The notes beneath the pieces are model-generated. The model ran no database searches, had not been told where the DNA came from, and saw only the letters and a list, made by a program, of their open reading frames with translations. Source: Octopus vulgaris (taxonomy: Eukaryota). From it: DNA of 64,000 nucleotides. Shown here piece by piece: positions 52,176 to 64,000 of the stretch. How positions within the stretch are numbered: position 1 is the stretch's first letter; every line of letters starts with the position of its first letter. Where the stretch lies: assembly GCA_951406725.2 (NCBI GenBank), contig OX597817.1, forward strand, positions 120,900,001 to 120,964,000, written 5' to 3'. The position numbers and the translations under genes were made by a program.

Positions 52176-52516
52176 GGATTCTCCATGAGTTAGATCAGTC
52201 ATGGACAAAACCTTTTCAAGAAGCAGAGTATATGGGACATGATTCATTATTAGGTGGGCTGCAATACTAAAAATTTCAAGGACATTTTTTTCCCTTAAGC
52301 ATGCCCTTCATAAAATCCTGCTGGTCACAGTTTGCCGGTGACTGAGTTAGATATTAGTTTTAAGCTTAGAATGAAGTGTATAAGTGTGTGTGTATATGCA
52401 TGTGTGTGTCTAAAAGGATTGAAAGAGTTGAGATACATGACTATATCAATTACCCCATACTTTTCTGACTTTCTCTGAGATAAATGCCATTTGTCATTTT
52501 ATTGAGATTTGTGAGA

Positions 52517-52827
52517 GTAAAGGGTAAAGGCACCCTTGTGATTGCATCTAGAAGTTATCCTCTGAGGTACAAGTCCAGGCAAGAGTATTTATGGAAGACC
52601 AGCAGTCATCCATACATACCAGCATCGCCCCTCCATGCCACCAATGATATCCAAGGGAAAGCAAAGTCCAATACAGCTTGTTAATAGTGATCTCACAACT
52701 CATTTCTACAGCTGAGTGAACTGGAGCGATGAGAAATAAAGTATCTTGCTCAAGAACACAACACACAACCCAGTCCAAGAATCAAACACGCTATCTCATG
52801 ACTGTGAACCCAATGCTATAACCACTG
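52517..52827 (-). mobile_element. Family D-like SINE with an (ACCTTT)-type tail
   Basis: CAGCTGAGTGAACTGGAGC..AAAGTATCTTGCTCAAGAACACAAC, ending GTAAAGGGTAAAGG. Confidence 0.55.
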
Positions 52828-53330
52828 AACACAGAGGCCCACATCAAGTGTCTGGAGGAGGTAGTGCTGCCCTGGGTCAAGAGGGTGGCTGCTGGAAGAC
52901 CTTATATCTGGCAACAGGACTCTGCATCATGTCACACAAGCAGGAGAACTCAGTCATGGCTGTCAGACAATTTCTGCGACTACATCACCTCTAGTATCTG
53001 GCCGTCTAACTCCCTAGACTGCAAACCTTGATTATTATGTGTGGGCAAGAGACTAGCAAAACTCCTTGTAACACCAAAGATGAACTGAAAATAAGGATTA
53101 TGGCAGCGTTCAACAACTTAAACAAGGAGACCATCCAGAAGAGTTGCAGGAGATTCCAAAGTTGTCTAGAGGCCGTGGTTGAAGCCAATGGTGATTTTAT
53201 TGAATAAATTTACTCTTTAGTATTTCAAGATATTTTTATGTAATTTTGGTAAATATATCTGTTAAAATGAGATATCAGTGTTATTTTTATTTTTGCATAA
53301 TTTAGATGACAGTTTATTCACCACACTCTG
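52828..53330 (+). pseudogene. maT (DD37D) transposase C-terminal half plus right TIR
   Basis: IKCLEEVVLPWVKRVAAGRPYIWQQDSASCHTSRRTQSW...IWPSNSLDC./LDYYVW...KDELKIRIMAAFNNLNKETIQKSCRRFQSCLEAVVEANGDFIE*. After restoring a frameshift there are 37 residues between D2 and D3. Ends ...CACACTCTG|TA. Confidence 0.9.
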
Positions 53331-54255
53331 TATGTGTGTGTGTGTCTGTCTGTTTTTATCCACCACCACTGATTGACAAGCTGGTACTTATTTTATCACT
53401 CTCTTTTACTACTTAGTAAGTTCGGCAAAAAGGACCAATAAATGAACATCGGGTTTTTAAAATTCTTAGAGTTGGTGCTCCAGCATGGCTACAGACTAAT
53501 GACCGAAACGAGATAAAAGAGACAGTGCATCTCTGGTGTTTTGTGTCAAAACATTTCATAAATGTCTTCCGAGAGGTCAGATATTTATGAAGTTGAATGA
53601 GTTAACATCAGTTAATCTAACACCAGCCATACATTAAGATGTTCATATATTAAAATGGGTTCTGGAATTTTTCTATTTTCTTTTTTCTATTTCCTTTCTA
53701 AGTTGTCTATGTCTGTGGTGTTTATGGTATATATGATCTGTGTTGGTGATATTTTTCTAATAGTTGTTGTTGCCGAAAGCATCTATAATTAATTGTGAGA
53801 ATTGGCAAGCAGTGTGATAGTTAAACGTAGAGGTCAATATATACGTTCTGTTCTAGTGTCAAAAATAACAGAACTGCTGAGATGACAGGTTGTCAAACTA
53901 CAAGTTGAGAGGTCAATGTTCATTTGGCTTATAACCACATTACCATTGTTGTATTGAGTCCACACTCCACTATGTCCATACACACACACAGTCAACTTAG
54001 CCAGGAAAAGGTACTGCTGAATAGAAATGTTCCTTTCTGTAAGAACGTGGTGGTAGTGCTGCAGCACTTAGGTGTGTTATATTATGTTTCAATGCTAGAT
54101 TTGGCACTCCCACTTGGTACGATTCAGTATTGCTTATGATCCTTTTTGAAGAAAACTGCTTTTTGCTCTTTTTGTATCAGTATCTGCCCTCTTTGCAAAT
54201 ATTCATTAATTTAATGAAAGATAGACACAAACACAATAAATACATCCATGCATAC

Positions 54256-54286
<31 letters not shown>

Positions 54287-54304
54287 TGTATGTATGTATG
54301 TATG

Positions 54305-54349
<45 letters not shown>

Positions 54350-54485
54350 TTATCTTTGTATGTATAAGTACAAATTTATATAAAGAAATATATATGATGA
54401 CTGAACAAAAACAAGAAAAAAAGCACCAGAGAGACAAGTTTTCCCAAAGATGTCATTAGTTTGATGTCTGCAAAGCAAAAGGGTC

Positions 54486-54520
54486 TTTGACATTTTAGAC
54501 ATAGAGCCCTTCATCAGAAA
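54486..54520 (-). ncRNA. CpG-decayed minimal hammerhead
   Basis: Minus strand TTT-CTGATGA-A-GGGC-TCTAT-GTCT-AAAAT-GTC-AAAG; two transitions away from GAAAC-GTC. Confidence 0.5.
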
Positions 54521-54890
54521 AATAGGTAAAAGAGAAGAGTACTGGAAAGGAGGAAGAGAAAGATGTTTAGAACTAGTGGGAATGCAGTTCTATGAGGAGG
54601 AGTTTAGAAAAGAGGCAGATGCAATGTATTATGCATATATAAAAGAGAGATATCTATATAAAGAGATGAGTATGGTGGATGTGAACAGTTGTCGGCTGGG
54701 GTGAAAGGGAGATGTGGAAGCAGAGAAAGGGGGGAAACAATGGATAAAACAGTGTGGATGAAACTAAAAATTAAAGCAGGTACAAGTTTAGGAAAAGTTG
54801 CAAAGTTGATAATGGTGGAAGATGATAGGGGGGAAAAATATATATGCTCATCTGTGTGTGTATGTATGTATATATATGTATGTGTATATA

Positions 54891-55339
54891 CAGGGTATCC
54901 TAGAATTAACTATCTAATTTGGTGCAACTTGAAAACCTTTTAAAAACACACTTTTATTTATGTTTATCATGTTTAATGTGTTTAAAAGTCTATAAATTTT
55001 AAGTTTTATTTATAATTTTATAGTTTTTATAATTTTTTAAATAATTTTATTTTCATGCCTGTTGGATCCCACTTATCTGTTCACAGTAGCTATTCTTTCA
55101 TTTTGGCTTGCAATCCTTTTCTCTACTTCCATCCTCAAGATGGAGCAATTGTTTAGCTGAACTGAAAGAATGCATTCAAACATTTGAAGCACGTATTGAA
55201 AATTTTCAATAAAGTTTTGACATAAGATTTATAAATATATTTGCTTTGGTATCATAATTAAGTATTAAACATAAAATTCTATCACAATTTTAACAAAATT
55301 TTCCCAATTTCATTAAAATAGATAATTAATTCTGGGACA

Positions 55340-55343
<4 letters not shown>
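54891..55343. mobile_element. Tc1/mariner-type MITE
   Basis: TA|CAGGGTATCCTAGAATTAACTATCTA ... TAGATAATTAATTCTGGGACACCT|(TA)n imperfect TIRs. Confidence 0.7.
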
Positions 55344-55438
<95 letters not shown>

Positions 55439-57351
55439 GTGTGTGTGCGTGACAGTAATCTGCAGTTTCTATGTATCACATTTCTTTCTCTTGGTCAACC
55501 TAAGGTTATGGTCAAGGATACTTGCCCATGGGTCTTCCCAGTTCCACATGGTTGTGAAACAAGTTTCTGACCCATCTAGCCATGCTTGCAACTAGATTTG
55601 AAATACTGAATTACACTTGCTATGATCTTTGAAAGTTCATATAGCAAAATGATGGTTCTAGAAGATTTTAGTTCAAAGAAACATTTATTAGGCTTCAGAA
55701 ATGTAGCATTCTAACTAGTTCCTATAAACTGAACATTATTAAAAGAGTTTAAAGAACTTTGTAAGTACTGTGATACCCTAGAAGACAGTAATTTCAAGTG
55801 TATGAGATTGGTAATAGAAGAGGAGGTATTCAGTTTCATGTTGGATCTTTCAAAATTAACTGCAAGTGAAATGCTATTAAAATATTATTTTCGAATACTA
55901 TTGGTTAGGTCTTTTGCAAGTGGTTACTGTGACTTTGGGCAGGCTTACTGATTGGTTCTACGTTATGAGTGGATTTCAACCTTCACACATCATATCATTA
56001 TGATGAATAGATTGAAGGAAAGTGAAGTTAATTGATGAACCACTTTGAAAATCCATAGCCACTGATAGCATTCAAATCCACATTTAGGTCAGCTGACAAG
56101 TGTACCTTAATTGCTAAGTTGGTGAAAGAATATTCTAGTATAGAAAGTAACTTAATTATCACTGAAATTTAAAGGAATTCTATCTAAAATTCCATTTTGT
56201 AATTCAGAATGGTCCTTTGATGTTTTATCAATTTCAGCTTGTGATGAAATAATAAATCTAAAAAAAAAAAATAAAAAAAAAAAAAAAAGGTATGAAATCA
56301 TTACCATGTAATTTATCATTGTACAATTGTGGAACCAGTTTGGAATATCTTTTTGAACATACAAGTGCAGATTTATTCTAATTTTATTTATTTATTTCTC
56401 CATTTTTTGTTTTAAAAATATTTTTCAGTAGCAAATTGAGGTTATTTGCTATGTGGAGGAAACAAGCATTTATTTCTTGTAAAGTTCATTCCATTGAAGT
56501 AGCTCTCTTGTTGGTGATGAATTTCATTTTGATATTCCCTTTTTCAATTCTATTGCTTGTCTTCTGATAAAATTTTTAGCAATTGTTCAGAAGTATTGAA
56601 TATCTAGTTTTATATAATTTGGGAAAAAGTGAAAAGGTGGGGAGGGAGACAGTATCTTGCAATCATAGAACTTGAACTCTCAAATCCTATATTTGTTCAA
56701 GAATAATGATTGTGAACTATAGTTTCTATTCATTTTTATAAATATCAATAATAGAATAAAGCTTCATTCTTCAAATTGTAAGATTAAGTGAAAATAATTG
56801 AAAATCCTATGTTACATAATGGTAGCAGTTCCAATAGTCAAAGACTAATCATTGTGGATAACTAACGTCATTAGACAAACACAAATGTGAAGTAAGAATC
56901 ATACAAATGCATAGACACACACATATACATGTATGTGTATGCACACACACACACGTGCACTTACACAGACACACACATATACACTCACTTGCTCACTCAC
57001 ACAAACACACATATGAATGGATTTTTGACAATTTGAAAGAAAAATGAAATTTCCAGTTTCAGTGGAAATACCTACTTATAGAGTCAATAACAATATTTCG
57101 CAGTTACTGGTACCCGTAATATAATCTTCAGATATACTCAGAGTAGCACCATGTGTGAAATAACTGGATCATTGAGTTACAGATGCATTCCATCAGGTGA
57201 CATTTTACGCAGCTTTTGATTCCTAGGGTTTGTACCAATCCAAAACTAGAGTAGAGGACATTTGCCAAAGGTACCATGTAGTGGAAGCAAATTTGGAACC
57301 TTTTTATTGAGTTAATTCTTTAGCCACTTTGCTAAAATATATATACATACC

Positions 57352-57560
57352 TATCATCATCATCATCATCGTTTAACGTCCGTTTTCCATGCTAGCATGG
57401 GTTGGACGGTTCAACTGGGGTCTGGGAAGCCAGAAGGCTGCACCAGGCCCAGTCTGATCTGGCAGTGTTTCTACAGCTGGATGCCCTTCCTAATGCCAAC
57501 CACTCCGTGAGTGTAGTGGGTGCTTTTTACGTGCCACCTGCACAGGTGCCAGACGAGGCT
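57352..57560 (-). mobile_element. Family B/RTE 3' end, young
   Basis: Closely matches 40306-40549 in reverse orientation. Confidence 0.8.
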
Positions 57561-58238
57561 ATGTAATTAAAAAAACAAAAAACAAATAGCATTGCCCCAG
57601 CATGACCCGCAGCTTTTGAGCTGTAATTAGTCACAGAGTAAAAGAGTAAACAAAACCATATCTGTCAGATACAAGCAAGTATGACTTAATTGCAGATACC
57701 ATAGTTTCACATTATTTCAGGTGCTTATGTCATTATGAATAGAGACAGAGTTCTGTTCTCTCCCACCTCCCACTCTTGATCCAGTGAAACATTCAGATGT
57801 GAGAAAGAAAGGGAAGAAGAGAAGATACAGAATGAAATGAGTACACATGGGTGTTTGGATGCTGGCAATTGGGTATGACTGACTGGACATTGAATCTGCT
57901 TTGGCGAAAGTATTTTTTGACAATGGAGGAAAATACAGGCATGCACAGAAATATATACACATACAGATAAAGTGTATATGTGTGTGTATACATGTGCATA
58001 TACATATATATATATATATATATAAAAGATCACAATTCAAGTGAACCAGAGACAACAACCAGCAAGGCTCATAGAAACATGAAGGTGCATATGCTGTTGA
58101 TCTCTGAATGTTTCTAAATATTGTGCTTCATGTATCTACCTTGATGAAAACGGTTTTATCTAATGATGTAATGTCTTCATTAATCAATTAAAAATTCGTT
58201 GGGAACAGCTGTAGGGAACTGACACAGTATCCATTTGT

Positions 58239-58278
<40 letters not shown>

Positions 58279-58548
58279 TCCATACATTTTATAAATTTTT
58301 TAGAAAACTATCCCACAAATGCAAGTATTGAACACAATTGACATGAATACATTCCCCCTCTTCATATGCATAAAGCAAAATATGCTCACACACATAAACA
58401 GAGAGAGAGGGGGGCAGAGAGATGGAGAGACAGAGAGAAATTACAATTTATGTTTATGTGTCTATATATGGACATTATAAAACAATAAAATCATAACACA
58501 AGATTAACATGTGCTCATGCACAAATACTAAGTATATATATTTGTATG

Positions 58549-58627
<79 letters not shown>

Positions 58628-58788
58628 GCACGTTTGTGTACAGGAGCAGACATGTATTATTATGGATGTAACATGTATAATGCACGTGTGTATCTTGGTA
58701 CAAGTGTCTATAGTTATTAATATCTTCAGCACAGCTTCTTCAGATTAATATAAAATTGTTTCTATTATATCTGAACATAAAACCATGA

Positions 58789-58823
<35 letters not shown>

Positions 58824-59556
58824 TGTATGTATGTATGTATGTGTGTGTGTGTGTGTATGAGTATATGCACACATGTATGTACGTATGAGTATATGCATGC
58901 ATGTATGTATGCATGAGTACATGCATGTATGTATGTATGTATATGTCACAATCATATATTTAATCTCATTGTGAAAATTGACCTTATAGCTTTAGCAGCT
59001 TGCAGTGGTGAGCAAAATGGTAAGCATCATCCTGTATTGGATATTTGTTATTAATCAGTCACTTTAGTCTTTCAATCTGCTGAAGTTAAGAAGCTATGAA
59101 CTACTTAGAGAAAAGTAAACAAAATTATGACACCCTTAATGAATTTACATATGATACAAAATTCACTGCTAGTGCTATTATTACACCTTTATATGATGGA
59201 CTCTCCCACCAAAGATGAAGTATGAGCATTTGATTATTGCTGAAAGACCTGCACAAATGATTTGTTTATTATAATCAAATGTTCATGTGCACATTAACTG
59301 ACTCTCGACCAAATCGACATTGTCTGAACAGGAACACCATGTACCATGCATCAGGTGTCAAAGGGATTACAGAGCAAAGAGAAATGAAGTGTTTTGATAA
59401 AGAACACAATGTACCACCCAGTCTAAAAATTGAAACCGTGATCTTAAAATCATGAGGGCTGTGCACCCTCATACACCATTATATATATATTGGTAAAAAC
59501 GGTAAGATAAAAAAAGAAAGAAAGAGACCTCAATATTATGTAAATAGAGGAAATTT

Positions 59557-59690
59557 ATCTGTAAATTAATGTTACTATTATTCAATGGCCAGATAACCGC
59601 AGACACGGTTTTGAGGATTTCCACTTCGGCATCTGAAACTCAGAGTTTTATCTTGGCTATTGAATAATGGCAACATATTAATTTACAGAT
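59557..59690. repeat. Fold-back in (TA)n with a decayed hammerhead in the loop (59592-59652)
   Basis: Arms ATCTGTAAATTAATG..ATTCAATGGCCAGATAA / TTATCTTGGCTATTGAAT..ATTAATTTACAGAT; loop CCGCAGA...GAAACTCAGAGTT. Confidence 0.6.
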
Positions 59691-59925
59691 ATATATATAT
59701 ATATAGATAATATACACATGGTAGTTTGCCAGTAAAGCATGTTCACACTTTATTTAATGAGGTACCTCTTCAAATCAGCTGAGGAGACACATCTACACTG
59801 AGGGATGCACCTAAGCCAGTTGTGCAGTATTCCACCTGTAAGGGATCAATGCTACATGGGGCAAAACGATTGTAGTGATCAATAAAGACTCACATATCTT
59901 CCATCTTTTGTCCCTCTCATTAATT

Positions 59926-59954
<29 letters not shown>

Positions 59955-59956
<2 letters not shown>

Positions 59957-60910
59957 GGAGAGGAAAAATTATAATAAGGCAGAATGCTAAATTGAAAGTA
60001 AATTTTAATAAGAATGGGTGTATGGAAAATTAAAAGAATAATAAATCAAACCGGTTTTTATTACAAAGCAAATTTTCAAAATTTGAAAGGGGAAAGGAAA
60101 TTTTTTTTTTAAATTGAGGAAGGGAAAAAAGAAATTTACAATGTTTTTTTCAAAAAAATAATAATGAACATATGCAAAAATTAATAAATAAGTATACCGA
60201 TACATTGTAGAGTTTTTATGCTTTTTGAGTTCAATAATAGTCCTTGGAAAAATTTCTTTGGAGGATTAAGATCCATGTGATTAAACGTGGTGCTTAGTTT
60301 AAAGTGTTTGGTAAAAGAGTGTCAAAACTGGAAATAGGGTAGGAGTTATCCAGTTCCTGTGAGTAAGGGGAAACAGCTCTGTAGATTTTATGCTCTTCAA
60401 TTGGGATGATGGATTTGTCAATCAGGATGCTTATAGCAAATTTTTGTCAGATAGGATGTTAGAAAAAGGAGTATGGTCATCGTGGACTTTGCATATTAAG
60501 ATGCATTTGGAATTTTTCAATAAAAAGATTCTCCTTGTTGATTCTATCTTGTGTAGTGATTCCGTCTTTACATTGGTAGAAGGGGAATATGTGAAATTTA
60601 GGATTTTTGACTCTAGCACATGAGTCCATGTGGCTACTTAGTGGAATTTTACGGTATTCAGGGAGATCTACAATGTATCGGTATACTTATTTATTAATTT
60701 TTGTATATGTTTATTATTATTTTTTTGAAAAAAACATTGTAAATTTCTTTTTTCCCCTTCCTCAATTCAAAAAAAATTTCTTTTCCCCTTTCAAATCTTA
60801 AAAATTTGCTTTGCGATGAAAACCAATTTGATTTATTATTTTTAAATTTTCCATACACCTATTTTTATTAAAATTTACATTCTGCCTTATTATAATTTTT
60901 CCTCTCCTAT
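59955..60910 (-). mobile_element. 5'-truncated Penelope-like retroelement with ~250-bp inverted repeats
   Basis: 59955-60210 and 60667-60910 are reverse complements. The core carries a GIY-YIG C-terminus, and (TA)n lies on both sides. Confidence 0.8.
60477..60665 (-). pseudogene. Penelope-type GIY-YIG endonuclease C-terminal fragment
   Basis: LPEYRKIPLSSHMDSCARVKNPKFHIFPFYQCKDGITTQDRINKENLFIEKFQMHLN...*, with the R..KE..FI..F...LN ending typical of PLE endonucleases. Confidence 0.75.
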
Positions 60911-60951
60911 CATTTCTCCATGTGCGGTCAACACAACCCCACCATTTATTG

Positions 60952-60993
<42 letters not shown>

Positions 60994-61095
60994 GAACAAT
61001 ATTTCTAAAAATAATAATGTTAGTGGCTGTGAGTGTAAAAGCCGTATAAGCAAATTAATAATTATATATAAGATATATATAGATGTATTTTGATA

Positions 61096-61357
61096 TACTA
61101 AGGTACTACATGAGCACCTGCTTCGCTAAAAATAGAAGTCAAAATACTTTTTAGCCACAGAAGAATCACTAAATTAATACAAGCATGATAGGGAAAAATT
61201 TATTGAACAAGAATAGTGTTTTACCCCTGCTAAGGATGTATCCTTGGCAGAGATAAGATGCTATTCTTGTTCACTCTCATACCTGTATTAATTTAGTGAT
61301 TCAAAGTATTTTGATTTCTGCTTTTAGCGAAGCAGGTGCTTATGTAGCACCGTAGTA
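61096..61357. repeat. ~260-bp near-complete palindrome (fold-back/MITE-like)
   Basis: CTACATGAGCACCTGCTTCGCTAAAA...CTGCTAAGGAT-GT-ATCCTTGGCAG...TTTTAGCGAAGCAGGTGCTTATGTAG. Confidence 0.8.
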
Positions 61358-63044
61358 CACACACTCACACACACATATACTACGTAGTACCCTAGTATAT
61401 ATACATATATATATATAAATATATGTATGAGTGTGTGGCTAGATTGCTGCATACCTGATTGTAAAATTACGGTTTCAATTCCCATACTAGTCTTGCATTT
61501 TGTTTTTCAGTAAAATGTTTCATTTCACATTGTTCCCGTCCACTCCGCTGTAAATGAACTGTCATTGCTTTTCGAGGGAGATATTGGCTTGTCTGCCTTA
61601 TCAGTGGGGTGGCATCATTTAAAAGCAACAAGAATGTGAAGAAGTACATTGTGACTAGCGATGTATAACATCAGACAGTTAGTACACTGATGTCTATCTG
61701 TCCATCTATCTCTCTATCCATCAATCTATCTATCTATCTAATAATGAGATAGATAGATAGATAGATAAAGAGAGAGACAGAGAGAGAAACAAATAGGTTT
61801 AGATATTGATATAGATATTTTATTTTCTACACACATATACCCTTACACACACAAACACACACAGTTTATAAGCAACCTCCGCACTTGTGCATTACACACC
61901 CCAAATAGCTGATCACCAAGAAAACTGTTAACAATCAATGAGTACTGTTTTAATCTTTTAATGTTAACTAAATTACCTGTGCTATTAACTTCTGTATCAA
62001 ACTGTGTTCAATAAAACTACATTTCAATGCCATGTACCACACTACTGTACATGATAAGAAAGAAATTCTTATCTTTTCTTATGAGTTGGAACAACACAAG
62101 AAGAAATATTATGACAAATAAATACAAAGTAGAGAATTTCTCTATTGATAATTGTAGACTTTTCTGATGTTTACTTGGAAATTCTCTCTTATATCTAGAC
62201 ATTGTCATATATGATCAGGTTTTGAAGTATTGATATAATTTTGTAGCTTAACTTGTGGTTTTGTTGTTTATTTATTCATAATAAAAATCGATAAATTTTC
62301 ATTTACATGAAATTTAAAATTCTCTTAAACAAACAAAAAAATTAAATTAAAAGACAAAGTCTGGAGATAGTGGGCTTTTGTTGCAATGTTGTAAAATTTG
62401 AATATCCATGCTGTTAAAAAAAAACAAATAAATAAAAAGATAAAAATAAATAAATAAATGAAAATAAATAAAAGACTGCTATCTGTGGTGAGTTGATGCA
62501 GAATTGGAAGTGTTCTGGAAGAACAAAAAAAAAAAAAAAAAAAACTTGTGATACATAAATAGAAACATAGAAACAGACACACACTTGCCATTTTATTTAT
62601 ATTACTGATCAACTTGTTACTTCCCTTTATGATCTGAGATCAAATCCCTTCAAGGTCCAATTCACTCTCATCCATCTGAAACTGATAAAATAACTATCAG
62701 TCAATAACTACTAGTGGGGTTGATGTCAGTGACTGCACCCTGAAAGGTGGTACCTCAGCATGGTTATAACCTAGTGACAGAAACTAGTAGTTTTTTGATT
62801 ACTGTCCCTTGGAGGTATAAAGTTTCACCTTTTTTTTAGCTTGTTGTTTTTTCATAAATGGTGCATTTAATCACAGATTCTAAGAATTTCTGACAACAGA
62901 ATCAGTGTGTTAGGTTTCTGAAAGATCTTATACAGTATTTGAAGATTCATGTTATTTAATTATATTCCACAAAAAAATTTTAGATTTTCATAGTCCTTCT
63001 CATCGGCATTATTGAGTTGGGTTTTTTTCCTACTATATTTTAAC

Positions 63045-63411
63045 TTTTACTTGTTTCACTCATTCGATTGCGGCCATGCTGGAGCACTTTCTTGAAGAAT
63101 TTTCAGTCAAAGGAATTGATCACAGTACTGTTTTTTTTTTCTTCTTTAAATCCTGGTATTTTTTCTTCTTTGCTGATCCATTAAGTTACAAGGATGTAAA
63201 CACCCGAACACTGGTTGTCAAGCAGTGTTGGGAAACAAACACACACACATGCGCTGCAGGCTTCTTTCAGTTTCTGTCTACCAAATCCACTCACAAGGTT
63301 TTGGTCAACCTGAGGCTATAGTAGAAAATACTTGCCGAAGGTGCCACACAGTGGGACTGAACCTGGAACCATGTCGTTGAAAAGTAAGCTTCTTACCACA
63401 CAGTCATGCCT
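63045..63411 (-). mobile_element. Family A SINE
   Basis: Full reverse copy. Confidence 0.8.
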
Positions 63412-63451
63412 TTACCATTGCTCAGTTTTGTTTAATATTATGCAATTTACT

Positions 63452-63660
63452 AAGGTGGGGAGCTGGCAGAATCATTAGCATAATGGGCAAAATGTTTAGT
63501 GGCATCCATTTTGTCTTCTGAGTTCAAATTCCTCTGGGGTCAGCTTTATTTTTCATCCTTTTGAAGTCGATAAATAAGTACCCAGTTTATCATTGGGGTC
63601 AATGTAATTGACTTACACCCCGCCTTAAACTTGCTAGTTTTGAGCTGAAATTTGAAACTG
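63452..63660 (+). mobile_element. Family C SINE
   Basis: AAGGTGGGGAGCTGGCAGAATC...TTTCATCCTTTTGAAGTCGATAAATAAGTACC. Confidence 0.7.
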
Positions 63661-64000
63661 ATATTATGCAAATTACTGCTGACCAAAAATCTTTTATTAC
63701 TCTCTTTCAATGTTAAAACTATTATCCACCGATTAAGCAAGTTCCTCTTGACTATGATCCACTGACAAAGTCTGAGACCAAAATGTTGTCACCATTTTTT
63801 TGCAATATCTTTTTAGTCAGGTGAGGTGGTAGTACCCTTAACCCTACACAGGGCCTCTAAGACTCATGGTGAGAGGCAGAAGGATATCCTGAAACCAAAG
63901 ATCTGGTCCAAATGTCTGCAATTGAAGAGATTTCATTAAAGGCATCGTGAGGTACTAGGAGATGGTATTAAGCTAGGTAACTGATTAAATCTAACACCCA

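Noticed and set aside
60390-60801. ORF-track calls in the Penelope core
   Set aside because: Wrong frames; the meaningful frame is minus 60665-60477.

Overview
AT-rich, repeat-dense eukaryotic non-coding DNA (intronic or intergenic). The (TA)n/(CA)n/(TACA)n microsatellites and the SINE/LINE repertoire look like an octopus (coleoid cephalopod) genome; this is recognition by eye, not a database result. No intact host gene is supported, and almost all listed ORFs are translated microsatellite or SINE sequence. Recognisable content: about 25 copies of a bipartite tRNA-derived SINE (family A), two further tRNA-SINE families (C, D), many 5'-truncated 3' ends of RTE-clade LINEs with (GAT)n tails, three non-autonomous Helitrons, maT/DD37D mariner fragments, a hAT remnant, piggyBac- and Tc1-type MITEs, and a Penelope-like GIY-YIG fragment between long inverted repeats. 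The most interesting signals are: (1) short fold-back elements, mostly inside (TA)n tracts, carrying minimal type I hammerhead ribozyme motifs (one intact at 40153-40190, several decayed); (2) a 260-bp TG..CA mini-LTR element with a 5-bp TSD and two tandem tRNA-Ser primer-binding sites; (3) a three-finger C2H2 pseudo-ORF that looks like a LINE 3' end; (4) an array of hairpin units in an RTE 3' UTR. Boundaries of degenerate repeats were read by eye and are approximate (about +/-10-20 bp).
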